A stretch of 64,000 nucleotides of DNA from a virus (Duplodnaviria > Caudoviricetes), in the IMG/VR virus record IMGVR_UViG_3300013121_000031, positions 1 to 64,000 of that record. The stretch is one strand, 5' to 3'. The notes below the pieces were generated by a model. That model was given only the letters and a program-made list of their open reading frames with translations, searched no databases and was not told where the DNA came from. This document shows positions 9,611 to 19,162 of the stretch, in pieces; positions within the stretch are counted from its first letter, which is position 1, and each line of letters begins with the position of its first letter. A program made the position numbers and the translations under genes.

Positions 9611-10750
9611 ATGGCAGATACTGCGGTTAAAAATAGAAGTACAGCAGGAATGATTGAAGCAACCCTAAATCAAGCCGCTGATATTATTCGCGAAACGATC
9701 TTGATGAACACTGAAAACCCAGGACAAAGACAAGCTGTCGCATTGTGGGGCCCTCCTGGAATAGGAAAAACAAAACTCCCCCAAGCAATTTGTCGCGAAA
9801 TGACAATTAAATTGAATAAAGAGGCTAAAGAGGGCTCAGCACTACGCACATTTAACTATAAATCGTTGATTGCTGCTTACCACGAGCCAACCACAATCAT
9901 TGGGATGCCTTATGTTGAGCATGATGAGCAACGTGGAAGATTAACCGCATTCGCTCCGCTTAAAGATGTTCTTCCATGGGATGGTGAAGGCATTTTGCAC
10001 ATTGATGAGCCTAACCGTGCTCCAACTTTGACGCAAAACATATTAATGGAATTAACTCAAGAATACGCGATCAATGGGTCGGAATATGTCCTTCCACCAG
10101 GTTGGAATATCATTTTGAGCGCAAACAATGAAGGAGATGGGGGTGGTTTGCAAAGAACACCACTTGCTCTTTGTAACAGAATTCTCCACATTTTCGTCAC
10201 TGTTTCACCAGATGAGTGGTGTGATTGGGCTGTAGCCAACGGAGTTCACCCAATGGTAATTGCTTTTCATAGATGGAGACAATCTGCTGAAAAGAAAGAT
10301 CAAATTCTGCACAATTTCGATGGTGCTTCGAAAAATAAAGCATTTCCAACTCCAAGATCTTGGGAAAATATTTCAAAGTATGTGCATCGCAACATTAAGA
10401 ACAAAGAATTGCGAATGATCACATATGCCGGGCTCATTGGAAGTGCCGCTGCTATGGAATTTTATGGATTTGAAAAATTCTTCGCTGAAATGCCTTCAAT
10501 CGAGCAAATCATGCTTGACCCACAAAAGGCACCGCTTCCACACAATCCAAGCAGCATGTATGCCGTATGTGCCACACTTGCGACTAAGCTTGCACCAACC
10601 AATTTCGATCAAATTTCAACTTATTTGGAAAGACTGCCCGAAGAGTATAACGTCATGACTGTTCGTGATGCTCTTCGCAAAGATGATGCAATTGGAAAAA
10701 TCCCAGGATTTGTAGAGTGGGGTCAAAAACATAAAGCAGTTTTGTTCTAA
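9611..10750 (+). CDS. MoxR-like AAA+ ATPase
   Basis: GPPGIGKT, LHIDEPNRA, ALCNR, FPTPRSW; promoter TTGTAT-N17-TACAAT at 9543-9571. Confidence 0.85.
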   Translation: MADTAVKNRSTAGMIEATLNQAADIIRETILMNTENPGQRQAVALWGPPGIGKTKLPQAICREMTIKLNKEAKEGSALRTFNYKSLIAAYHEPTTIIGMPYVEHDEQRGRLTAFAPLKDVLPWDGEGILHIDEPNRAPTLTQNILMELTQEYAINGSEYVLPPGWNIILSANNEGDGGGLQRTPLALCNRILHIFVTVSPDEWCDWAVANGVHPMVIAFHRWRQSAEKKDQILHNFDGASKNKAFPTPRSWENISKYVHRNIKNKELRMITYAGLIGSAAAMEFYGFEKFFAEMPSIEQIMLDPQKAPLPHNPSSMYAVCATLATKLAPTNFDQISTYLERLPEEYNVMTVRDALRKDDAIGKIPGFVEWGQKHKAVLF

Positions 10751-10764
10751 CAAGCTGATCAATT

Positions 10765-10795
10765 AGAAGGAGGCAAAAATGCCTCCTTCTTGTGT
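10765..10795 (+). terminator. Intrinsic terminator
   Basis: AGAAGGAGGCA-aaaa-TGCCTCCTTCT. Confidence 0.75.
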
Positions 10796-10905
10796 TCGAG
10801 GCAATCCCATGGCTAGAAGAAAATACCTAATATTTGGTGATAACTATTGTTTTTATAATAGTTTAGTCATATAATTATTACAGTTGTTGATAGGAGAACG
10901 GCAAA

Positions 10906-11850
10906 ATGACTACTGAAACTCAGTTATCACTTGAGGCATTAAAAAACCAAAAGGCGATTATTGGAAATATCGCTGAGAAAGCCATGATTATTGGTTATAA
11001 GTTTTCTCGTTGGGGAGCTACAAAAGCCTCAAAACGAGCGGCTGATATTGTTTGCTCAAATATGCATGTAACCAAACCAAATTTGGCAAGGGTTCGTCAT
11101 GATTTGATCGAAAATGAAGCATTTCTTGAAATCGACTCAGCCATCAGGGTTGCTCGTGACTACATTTGGGCAAACACCTCACCTTGGCTTGATGATGGAA
11201 CTAGAATATTCAAAGCTGAAAAGGTTTTTGAAATTGCTAGTGCATTAAATGAATATCGAACCAATTTCAACTATGCGGTTGACCGATTCATCAATGATAA
11301 ATATCCAGTTTTTCGCGAATCTATTCGCGAATATAAAGGGGATTTGTTTGATTCTAATGATTACCCATCACCCCAAAACCTCAAGAAAAAATTTGGATTT
11401 GAAATCTACGGACCTTTTAGAGTACCGATTGAAAAAGAAAGTAAACAGCAATGGATCATTCAATACTCTCAACAGGAGCTTGATTGGCTACAAAACCAAG
11501 CCAATGAGAGTGTTGCTCGTGCTTTAGGTTCAGTTCACAACGACATCATTAAAAGAGTCGTCAAAAGAGTTGCTGAAATGCCTGATAAATTGCGGAAATA
11601 TCACGTTGATGAAGAAGGAAAAGCTCACCATGCTTTTAAAAACAGTGTAATCACTAACCTTGTTGATGTTCTTGATTTAGCTAAAGAACTCAATGTCACT
11701 GATTCAGCAGAGTTGAACACCATCATTGATGAAATTCGTCATGAGCTTTGTGAGCATACTGGCGAGCAATTGAAGGATGACGAGCAGTTAAGAACTGATG
11801 TTGCCAAAAGAGCTGAAGAAATACTCAAACAGATGCAGAATTTTATTTAA
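10906..11850 (+). CDS. DUF3150-like helical protein
   Basis: TSPWLDDGTRI, DYPSP..LKKKF; sits between AAA and vWA genes; promoter TTGTTT-N17-TATAAT at 10847-10875. Confidence 0.6.
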   Translation: MTTETQLSLEALKNQKAIIGNIAEKAMIIGYKFSRWGATKASKRAADIVCSNMHVTKPNLARVRHDLIENEAFLEIDSAIRVARDYIWANTSPWLDDGTRIFKAEKVFEIASALNEYRTNFNYAVDRFINDKYPVFRESIREYKGDLFDSNDYPSPQNLKKKFGFEIYGPFRVPIEKESKQQWIIQYSQQELDWLQNQANESVARALGSVHNDIIKRVVKRVAEMPDKLRKYHVDEEGKAHHAFKNSVITNLVDVLDLAKELNVTDSAELNTIIDEIRHELCEHTGEQLKDDEQLRTDVAKRAEEILKQMQNFI

Positions 11851-11916
11851 GTAGACTATTGTTTTACTAATAGTTTCCTTATATAATAAATGCATTGAGC
11901 AAACTAGGAGAACGTA

Positions 11917-13401
11917 ATGAACGACGAAGAAAAACAAAAATCAGCAGCAGCCGAACAAAGAATCAGCAGAATGCGAACAAAAATTCTATTGAACTACCCC
12001 TTTTGGAGTACTTTGTTCATGTTGATGAAATTGAAAGATGCAACTACTCGCATCAACACGTTCTCGACTGACGGCACCTATCTTTATTACAACCGTGACC
12101 ATGTTATGAATCTTCCAGATGAGCATTTGATTGCTTGTTTGATTAAACAAGTTGGTCACTGTTTCCTTCGACACATGTATCGAATGGATGGAAGAGACCC
12201 AGAAATTTGGAATCAGGCTGGGAGCGCCATCATTAAGCACTTGCTGTCAAAAGACCCAAAAATTCACTTCCCCCCGGAAGCCATGGAGCCTATTGGTGTT
12301 GAAATTACTGATGATTCCTACGTTGAGCAAGTCTATGCATTGTTAAAAGCAATGAAACAACCAGGTGCATCAAAAAAACCAGGCAAAAGTGGAAGTGGAA
12401 AATCACAAGATAGTCAAAATGCTGGCGGCAGTGGTCAAGGACAAAATGACTCTAACAACCAGCAAAAACAACAAAAGAACCCTAATGTTCCGCCGGAAGA
12501 CCCAAGAGCGAATGAAACCACTGACCCTACCGGTGATTTTAGACCACCAAGAAATGATCTGAAAGATGATCAGCAAGATAAGGGCAAAGGAAATGATGGG
12601 GATCAAGACCAAGATAATGGGAATGACCCCGCAAATGATCCGGGAAATCAGCAGCCACAGAATGGTCAAGGACAACAATGTGGGCAATCAGACGATGATA
12701 TGAGTGAAGCCGATTGGCAAGTTGCTGTTGAGCAAGCAATTATGGCTGGGAAGAAGGCTGGGACACTGCCAGCACTGCTTGAGCGGTTAATTGATACTGA
12801 TAAAGCTAAGACTGACAGCCAAGATTTACTCCAAGTTTTGAATCAATTCATTCAAAATACAATTCCAAGTGATTATAGCTTTAGAAAACCGAACCGCAAA
12901 TTCCTTTCATCTGGATTATATGTCCCAGGAATTATCAAAGAAAACGCCCCAGAATTAGTAGTTGGAATTGATACTTCCGGGAGTGTGACACATAAAATGC
13001 TTGAAGTCGCTGGTAAATGTCTTACTGATATTATGCATGAGTACCGTCCAGAAAAGATGACCATTATCTATTGCGATACTCGTGTCAATCGCATAGATGA
13101 ATTTGAGCCTGACGATTCGATGGTACAGCTTCATATGTGTGGTGGTGGAGGAACATCATTTCAACCTGTTTTTGACAAAGTTGTTGAATTAGGAATTGAA
13201 CCAGCCGCCATGATTTATATCACAGATCTGTATGGGCCCCGCCCAACAAAGCCAGAATATCCTGTGTTATGGGTCACAACTGAAAAATCATCAGCAAACC
13301 CACCATTCGGACAAATGGTACGAGTTGACCCAGACCACTACTCACCTGACTACGATCCGTCTAAAGAGTACAGTGAAGAAGATTATGAAGAAGTTTGGTA
13401 A
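11917..13401 (+). CDS. DUF2201-like metallopeptidase-like + vWA protein
   Basis: TFSTDG..LYYN, Q/N/D/G-rich linker, MIDAS DTSGS, GGGGTSF, ITDLYG; promoter at 11859-11887. Confidence 0.85.
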   Translation: MNDEEKQKSAAAEQRISRMRTKILLNYPFWSTLFMLMKLKDATTRINTFSTDGTYLYYNRDHVMNLPDEHLIACLIKQVGHCFLRHMYRMDGRDPEIWNQAGSAIIKHLLSKDPKIHFPPEAMEPIGVEITDDSYVEQVYALLKAMKQPGASKKPGKSGSGKSQDSQNAGGSGQGQNDSNNQQKQQKNPNVPPEDPRANETTDPTGDFRPPRNDLKDDQQDKGKGNDGDQDQDNGNDPANDPGNQQPQNGQGQQCGQSDDDMSEADWQVAVEQAIMAGKKAGTLPALLERLIDTDKAKTDSQDLLQVLNQFIQNTIPSDYSFRKPNRKFLSSGLYVPGIIKENAPELVVGIDTSGSVTHKMLEVAGKCLTDIMHEYRPEKMTIIYCDTRVNRIDEFEPDDSMVQLHMCGGGGTSFQPVFDKVVELGIEPAAMIYITDLYGPRPTKPEYPVLWVTTEKSSANPPFGQMVRVDPDHYSPDYDPSKEYSEEDYEEVW

Positions 13402-13412
13402 AGGAGAACGAC

Positions 13413-14072
13413 ATGATTAAAGAACCACCTCAAGTAGTGCTATCTCGTGAAGTAGAAAAGCAGCTCAAATCATTAGGAATCAAAGTAACTCGTGACACTA
13501 CTGACCCCAATGATAGCCATTTCTGCCTTTTAAAAGTTGATCGAACATATGACACTCGAATTATCACTCATTTTGATGCTTGTGGAGTATTTGCTGAACC
13601 TGAGCCGTACATCTCTTTGAGAAGCAATCACGAAAAACGTTATTTCAAAATTAGAAAGAATGGCACATATAATTTTGATTTGATGACTAAACTAATCAAA
13701 AGAGTCGTTCAAAACGATGCTCCATTGATCAAGCTTGGTGACAAAATTGAAAAAATAAAACAAGAAAACACCAAATTATTCAAAAACACCAAACAACTGC
13801 CGGGAATCAATCTTGCAGTATCTGGGGTTCTTCCCGGTGTGGGGTTCTTGTACACTGAGCCCTATGATAGTTACACTTTAGGGCTTGGACAAAGTGGTCG
13901 AATGCTTGTGACCAAGCCTCAAGCTGAAAAAATTCATAAATTGATGATGCAAATCATTGAAGAAAATGTCGAATTAAGGCAGAAATATCTAGCAGAAAAA
14001 GAAAAAATCAAAAAAGGCAATGAAAGGTCTTTGAGCACAACACCTCACAGGTCTTTTTATAACTTGGTATAA
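13413..14072 (+). CDS. Hypothetical protein
   Basis: AAGGAGAACG RBS. Confidence 0.6.
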   Translation: MIKEPPQVVLSREVEKQLKSLGIKVTRDTTDPNDSHFCLLKVDRTYDTRIITHFDACGVFAEPEPYISLRSNHEKRYFKIRKNGTYNFDLMTKLIKRVVQNDAPLIKLGDKIEKIKQENTKLFKNTKQLPGINLAVSGVLPGVGFLYTEPYDSYTLGLGQSGRMLVTKPQAEKIHKLMMQIIEENVELRQKYLAEKEKIKKGNERSLSTTPHRSFYNLV

Positions 14073-14084
14073 GGAGTTTCAAAA

Positions 14085-14474
14085 ATGGCAGTCAATTATA
14101 TTACTCACTGTTTTACCCTTCACACAAAAATTTCAGATGTGTTGAAAAGTAAGGTTGGTGGAGACAATAGAGTAACTAGCAAAGTCGTGAATGAAATTCT
14201 TTGTCGATATTTTGACATAGTCTCTAGAAGCCTCAAAGACTTAAAAAATGCTCAAAAAATCACTGATCAAGATTTAGATAACCTCTACGCTGTAACCAAG
14301 ACTGACATTTCGACTCTTAGAATATACGATGTGTCAGATCTCAGGCATTTTTTGTCAAAATATGAAATCTTGGCAAATAATCTTAGTGACAAGATTAGTA
14401 AATTATCCGACATTGAAATTATTGCTCTAGTGGACTATCTTGAAACTAGAGAAAGAGTTGAAAATAAGGAATAA
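14085..14474 (+). CDS. Hypothetical protein
   Basis: TAAGGAG SD. Confidence 0.6.
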   Translation: MAVNYITHCFTLHTKISDVLKSKVGGDNRVTSKVVNEILCRYFDIVSRSLKDLKNAQKITDQDLDNLYAVTKTDISTLRIYDVSDLRHFLSKYEILANNLSDKISKLSDIEIIALVDYLETRERVENKE

Positions 14475-14479
14475 GCAAA

Positions 14480-14848
14480 ATGAGCTTCATTACTGCATTG
14501 GTTTTGATAGGTAGCTGTCTAATTATTGGTTTCTTGTGCGGATACTTGGGACACGTGATTGTTAATAAACAAGAAAAAGACCCTTTTGTTATTCAAGAGC
14601 TTGAGGAAAGGCTGAAATACCTTTTGCGGTACATAGATGGCATTGAAAATGAGTTGAAGGAGGAGATATCACTTAGACACCACGAAAAGTCGACAGCAGA
14701 AGCTGAATTTTATAATACTATCTACAAAGTAGAAACAGATATGCGAATAGGAACTGTAACACTACCAGAAGTCGAGGAATTCAATCGACAAGGAGAACGG
14801 CATGCTAGAAACCCCAATAAAACCAACAAAACCAAGAAAATCAGTTAA
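14480..14848 (+). CDS. Membrane-anchored coiled-coil protein
   Basis: N-terminal hydrophobic helix followed by a charged helix. Confidence 0.6.
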   Translation: MSFITALVLIGSCLIIGFLCGYLGHVIVNKQEKDPFVIQELEERLKYLLRYIDGIENELKEEISLRHHEKSTAEAEFYNTIYKVETDMRIGTVTLPEVEEFNRQGERHARNPNKTNKTKKIS

Positions 14849-15296
14849 AACTAAAACTAAATCAAGGGCAAAAAAGACAGATTTAGCCAAAAGAACTGAA
14901 AATGCGGCAAGAATGGCTGATATGAGAAATCAATATCAACAGACTCAAAATCAAGCAATCAATGAAGCTTTGAAAAAGAATGAAGAAACTTTTGCATTTA
15001 GATTTTTTGTCATCAATCAAGCTATGCAAGCCTTAGACGCTGGAGAGAGTGTTGAGCAAATCGCTCAAATCCATAAAATTCCAAAAGAATTGATTTTGAA
15101 ATGGATAGAAGACTTGAATAGTTTTGTCGGCAGTGACAAAGCTGAAAATCTAAAGCACACAAAACGAGTATTCGACCAAGGCTACCATGCAGCTCAAAAG
15201 GACATCCTATCAAAAATAGGAGATTCAGTTCTAACGCTTTTACAGGATGCCGCTCGTAAAGCTGTTCAAAATAGCAATGACGTTAAGAACAGTTAG
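14802..15296 (+). CDS. Putative HTH DNA-binding protein
   Basis: Basic N-terminus; GESVEQIAQIHKIPKELILKWI. Confidence 0.5.
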   Translation: MLETPIKPTKPRKSVKTKTKSRAKKTDLAKRTENAARMADMRNQYQQTQNQAINEALKKNEETFAFRFFVINQAMQALDAGESVEQIAQIHKIPKELILKWIEDLNSFVGSDKAENLKHTKRVFDQGYHAAQKDILSKIGDSVLTLLQDAARKAVQNSNDVKNS

Positions 15297-15575
15297 AGGG
15301 CTGATAATCCTATTTTATTTGGCATTAATAGGGGGTTTTGTTTTATTTCTTGTGTTGCTTGACGAATGTTTTGAAATACTAAGCATTATCCGAAGTCTTG
15401 GATTTAGTCTAGCCATGAAATCAGTTGAGTTCTGCATTGCACTAATTGCATTTATCAATGAATTAATCAAAATCCCGATATATAAAGTCCAAGACTTCTT
15501 TCGAAAAATCACAATTGATCTATTGAAACTTATGATGATGGTGTCAGATAGTTTCAAATAAAGGAGAACGACACA

Positions 15576-15998
15576 ATGACAAGCAAAAATAACTCCCCAA
15601 AAGTATTGACTGAGTTTGCTAAAAATTATGCAGCAGTAAAAGCAGTCGAGGTTCTTCACGATTCACGACTAGATCTTACACACATCATAAAAATGGTTGC
15701 TATGGATTTTGATATGAAACCCGAAGTGCTTACAGAATTGTATCAGCAGGTTATGGCTGAAAATGACTTATATCCATTGAAACATAGCTCTTGGTGTCGT
15801 GCAAAAGTAAGGTCAAAATCGGTCTTATTGCTTGATGCAGCCTATCACGATGGGCAGAACAAGAAACTAGAAGAAATAAGTACAGTTCGAGCTGATAGAG
15901 ACAAATATCGAAATGCTCTTCGAGATAGCCAAGAAATTGTTCAAAACCTCAGCAAACTACCAACCCCACCAAGACTTTCGTACTTTCCTCATTTTTAA
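15576..15998 (+). CDS. Hypothetical protein
   Basis: AAGGAGAACG RBS. Confidence 0.6.
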   Translation: MTSKNNSPKVLTEFAKNYAAVKAVEVLHDSRLDLTHIIKMVAMDFDMKPEVLTELYQQVMAENDLYPLKHSSWCRAKVRSKSVLLLDAAYHDGQNKKLEEISTVRADRDKYRNALRDSQEIVQNLSKLPTPPRLSYFPHF

Positions 15999-16010
15999 TC
16001 GGGAGTAAAA

Positions 16011-16460
16011 ATGAACACTGACTTGAAACAAATTAAACAACGAATTGATGAGTTTAAAATAAAACAGACTGAGCATGACAAGCAAGCTATTGATTTGCTT
16101 GAATCTCTTTATTTAATGGCACAAAATCAAGAAAGAATACATGAACTTGTCAGTTCGGCAGCTCAAGCTGAAGAGTTGTTTACATTGGACGAGCTTGAAA
16201 ATTTTGCTGAGCAAAGATTGAAAGCCTTTGAATCAATTTCACATGAAATACGACGAAAATACTCTCCGATAACACTCTCAACTAAATCAACAATTCAATT
16301 GATCAAACATTATATTCACTGCAAAGACTCTCAACATGGCGTAAAGATCTTAGATCTTGTTGATTTTCTTGAAAAAGAAATAGATCTTTTCATCTATTAT
16401 GAAGTCAAGAAAGCTCAAAACTCATATGACAAGGAGAAAACCAGTGCAAAACCAAAATGA
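16011..16460 (+). CDS. Hypothetical protein
   Basis: GGGAG SD. Confidence 0.6.
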   Translation: MNTDLKQIKQRIDEFKIKQTEHDKQAIDLLESLYLMAQNQERIHELVSSAAQAEELFTLDELENFAEQRLKAFESISHEIRRKYSPITLSTKSTIQLIKHYIHCKDSQHGVKILDLVDFLEKEIDLFIYYEVKKAQNSYDKEKTSAKPK

Positions 16461-16597
16461 ACTAGAAGAATCGATCAAAAACATGTCACCCGAAGAACTA
16501 GAAATCTTTGAAAACAAGGTATATAGCGCTGTTCTTGTTCGAAGAGTTGTTCAAGAAGTTATGCGGCCGATTAGACGACAATGGGCATTAAATTGGA

Positions 16598-16939
16598 ATG
16601 CATATGTTACACGTAACGACAATAAACAATCTGTCTAACGTATTTGAAGCTGAAATCAAAGAATTGCATGCATATTGCAATGGATTTGTAAGTGATACGG
16701 CTGTAATTGTCACTGACATAGTGGTTGATGAATCTTTTCGAAACAAAGGAAATGCTTCAACACTACTCACAGAATTAAGCCTATTTTTTAAAAAACCGGT
16801 GCATCCTCTAGGGGTTTTACCAGAAGCTGAACAATTTTGGGCAAAATTTGTAGAGCGTCAGGGGGCTGGAGACTTGTCAGAGCAAGACATTATTTTGGAA
16901 AGATGGCGATTCTATGAAAAAATACTTCCAAAATGCTAA
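16598..16939 (+). CDS. GNAT-family acetyltransferase-like protein
   Basis: Motif A DIVVDESFRNKGNASTLL; AEQFW. Confidence 0.6.
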   Translation: MHMLHVTTINNLSNVFEAEIKELHAYCNGFVSDTAVIVTDIVVDESFRNKGNASTLLTELSLFFKKPVHPLGVLPEAEQFWAKFVERQGAGDLSEQDIILERWRFYEKILPKC

Positions 16940-16998
16940 AATCATGAATTAGAATAGTTATTGAACGGCCTTTCAATTCCAATGAGGATATCCTACTG

Positions 16999-17676
16999 AT
17001 GAAAAAATTATCTGCCCTATTACTGACAGCTTTGACGCTTTCAGTCTCAGTCCTGCCAGTTTCAGCAGGTACTCAACAAATCAAACAAGATACAACTTTT
17101 ACAGGTACTGTGACAGTTCCAAATGGTTCATTTACCAGAGCTAAATTGGCAACTGAATCAGCAGTATCAGATGTTCTTCTTATCCCTAACGCATTCCGTA
17201 ATGACGACGGTTCAATCATCGCTGCCGCTGCTTCTTCAGGAAAAATGGGGATCACATCCGGTGGTCATGGAACTGGTGGAATTAAATTAGTTGGTGAAGC
17301 TGCTCAAAACAACACTAAAACTGATTATTTCATTACTTCATTCATGCTCCCACCAAACTATGTGGCTGGTAGTGCAATCACAATCAAATTCACTGCCAAA
17401 TACTCAGGTTCTGGAACTGCTGGCACCAAAACACTAGATATGGAAGCGTACAAACTAGCCAAAGCCGGAACAGTTGGATCAGATCTATGCTCTACAACAG
17501 TTCAAACCATCACAAGTTCATCAGTTGAGTATAGTTTCACTGTCACTCCGACTGGCTTGGTAGCGGGGGATAAAGTCCAGATTATCGGAACTTTAGTGGT
17601 CCAAGAAACTGGAAACGTTTCCACCCTCACAGGCGAAGTATCGGATGCCCGAGCTTGCTACGACATCAAGGGATAA
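16999..17676 (+). CDS. Beta-rich protein with Sec signal peptide
   Basis: MKKLSALLLTALTLSVSVLPVSA; T/S/G-rich body. Confidence 0.65.
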   Translation: MKKLSALLLTALTLSVSVLPVSAGTQQIKQDTTFTGTVTVPNGSFTRAKLATESAVSDVLLIPNAFRNDDGSIIAAAASSGKMGITSGGHGTGGIKLVGEAAQNNTKTDYFITSFMLPPNYVAGSAITIKFTAKYSGSGTAGTKTLDMEAYKLAKAGTVGSDLCSTTVQTITSSSVEYSFTVTPTGLVAGDKVQIIGTLVVQETGNVSTLTGEVSDARACYDIKG

Positions 17677-17697
17677 TAACTCTCAAAGAGATATTTC

Positions 17698-17734
17698 AAA
17701 AGCCCTTGGTTAAATAAAAAGACCAAGGGCTTTT
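17698..17734 (+). terminator. Intrinsic terminator
   Basis: AAAAGCCCTTGGT...ACCAAGGGCTTTT. Confidence 0.75.
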
Positions 17735-17776
17735 AATTTGCAGAATCATGGAGGATGAACTTACAATTAAATAGAT

Positions 17777-17849
17777 GGCAGGGTTGAGCAGTGGTAGCTC
17801 AAAGAGACTCATACCCTCTTTTTCGTGGGTTCGAATCCCACCCCTGCAA
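17777..17849 (+). tRNA. tRNA-Met(CAT), initiator-like, atypical
   Basis: Cloverleaf, CAT at 17810-12, G1:A72 mismatch, GAGC/GCTC D-stem. Confidence 0.75.
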
Positions 17850-17865
17850 AAATAGGGAGTGTTAT

Positions 17866-18300
17866 ATGTTAAAAGTTCAAAAAGAAAAGATACAATTAGG
17901 TATGAGTAAAGGAAGAGCACGACATATTTTAATAACCAAATTGATTTTTGAGTTCATTTGTCACGCAAACCTTAATTCATGTCACCGTTGTAAATTACCA
18001 ATGACCGTTGATAGTTATTCAATTGACCATAAGGTCGATTGGTTGGATTCTCTAAATCCTTTAGAGGTTTATTTAGACCTTCAAAATATAGGGTTTTCAC
18101 ACAAAATTTGTAATAGTCTTGCTGCCAAAAGACATAAAAATGCTTCAAAAACTAAAATAGCTTGTGATTATTGTAAAAAAGAATATGAGATTTATACTTA
18201 CACTTTTGTTTATAGAAAGAAAAATGGCCAAAATCGTTTCTTTTGCTCACAATCATGTCAAGTAAAATTACAACACCAAGAAGGAGTATTTAAAAAATAA
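17866..18300 (+). CDS. HNH endonuclease
   Basis: CHRC..SIDH...FSHKICN plus a C-terminal Cys cluster. Confidence 0.65.
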   Translation: MLKVQKEKIQLGMSKGRARHILITKLIFEFICHANLNSCHRCKLPMTVDSYSIDHKVDWLDSLNPLEVYLDLQNIGFSHKICNSLAAKRHKNASKTKIACDYCKKEYEIYTYTFVYRKKNGQNRFFCSQSCQVKLQHQEGVFKK

Positions 18301-18385
18301 GGGAGTTTGGCAGAGTGGGCGATTGCGTGTGGCTGTAGACCACATCCCGAAAAGCACGGTGGTTCGAATCCATCAGCTCCCACCA
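18301..18385 (+). tRNA. tRNA-Tyr(GTA)
   Basis: Cloverleaf, long variable arm, encoded CCA. Confidence 0.9.
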
Positions 18386-18394
18386 ATATGTAGT

Positions 18395-18468
18395 GCGAAA
18401 TTCGTCTAGTGGAAAGACAATAGCCTTCCAAGCTACTAACATCAGTTCGAATCCGACATGGGGCTCCA
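18395..18468 (+). tRNA. tRNA-Gly(TCC), degenerate stems (possible pseudo-tRNA)
   Basis: Loops and U73-CCA intact; 3 acceptor, 2 T-stem and 1 anticodon-stem mismatches. Confidence 0.6.
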
Positions 18469-18486
18469 ATTATAAAAATATAAATT

Positions 18487-18912
18487 ATGCAAAGATTTTG
18501 GGAAAAGGTAGACAAAACAAAAGGTCATGGGCCTAAAGGAGATTGTTGGTTATGGAAGGGGGTGATGGGCACATATGGGGCTTTCAAATTTAATGGAAAG
18601 AAAGTTGATTCACATAGATTTTCGTATCAATTAGAAAATGGTGAAATCCCCAAAGGAATGCTCGTTTGTCATAGTTGTGATATTCGATCATGTGTTAATC
18701 CAAAACATTTATTTTTAGGAACGCATAAAGATAATTTTGAAGATGCTGTTTCAAAAGGAAGAATGACTCCTATACGAAAACATCCAAATTTTCGAACTAG
18801 AGAGGTAAAATGCGGAACTCAAACTTCATATAAATATGGTTGTAGATGTGAAAAATGCAAACAAAATCAAAAACAAAGATTGAAGGAGTTTAGATTAAAA
18901 AATAAATTTTAA
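18487..18912 (+). CDS. HNH homing endonuclease
   Basis: RFWEKVDK..CWLW..HRFSY..VCHSCD..CVNPKHL.LGT..DN. Confidence 0.9.
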   Translation: MQRFWEKVDKTKGHGPKGDCWLWKGVMGTYGAFKFNGKKVDSHRFSYQLENGEIPKGMLVCHSCDIRSCVNPKHLFLGTHKDNFEDAVSKGRMTPIRKHPNFRTREVKCGTQTSYKYGCRCEKCKQNQKQRLKEFRLKNKF

Positions 18913-18914
18913 AT

Positions 18915-18990
18915 GCTGCTATAGCTTAGTTTGGTTCAAAGCACTTGCTTGTCACGCAAGAGATCATCGGTTCAAATCCGTTTAGCGGCG
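18915..18990 (+). tRNA. tRNA-Asp(GTC)
   Basis: Cloverleaf, G73. Confidence 0.85.
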
Positions 18991-18995
18991 AATAC

Positions 18996-19072
18996 CCCCG
19001 AGTAGGAAAATTGGTAAATCCGTCTGATTTAGGATCAGGAGTCTGTCAGTTCAAGTCTGACCTTGGGGACCA
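18996..19072 (+). tRNA. tRNA-Leu(TAG), short variable loop
   Basis: Cloverleaf, A73, CCA. Confidence 0.85.
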
Positions 19073-19073
19073 T

Positions 19074-19157
19074 GGAGAGTATCGTCATGTGGATGACAAC
19101 TTGTTTTGAAAGCAAGGATGACGCTGAAAGGTGGGGGTTCAACTCCTCTACTCTCCG
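19074..19157 (+). tRNA. tRNA-Ser(TGA), 8/4-type fold
   Basis: GGAGAGTA/TACTCTCC acceptor, 4-nt D-loop, GAAA-capped V-arm, G73. Confidence 0.8.
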
Positions 19158-19162
19158 TTTAA

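Noticed and set aside
12360-12700. Q/N/D/G-rich repetitive stretch
   Set aside because: Ordinary low-complexity linker typical of DUF2201 proteins
19074-19157. tRNA-Sec or opal suppressor
   Set aside because: Anticodon is TGA (reads UCA, Ser), not TCA; no sel genes seen
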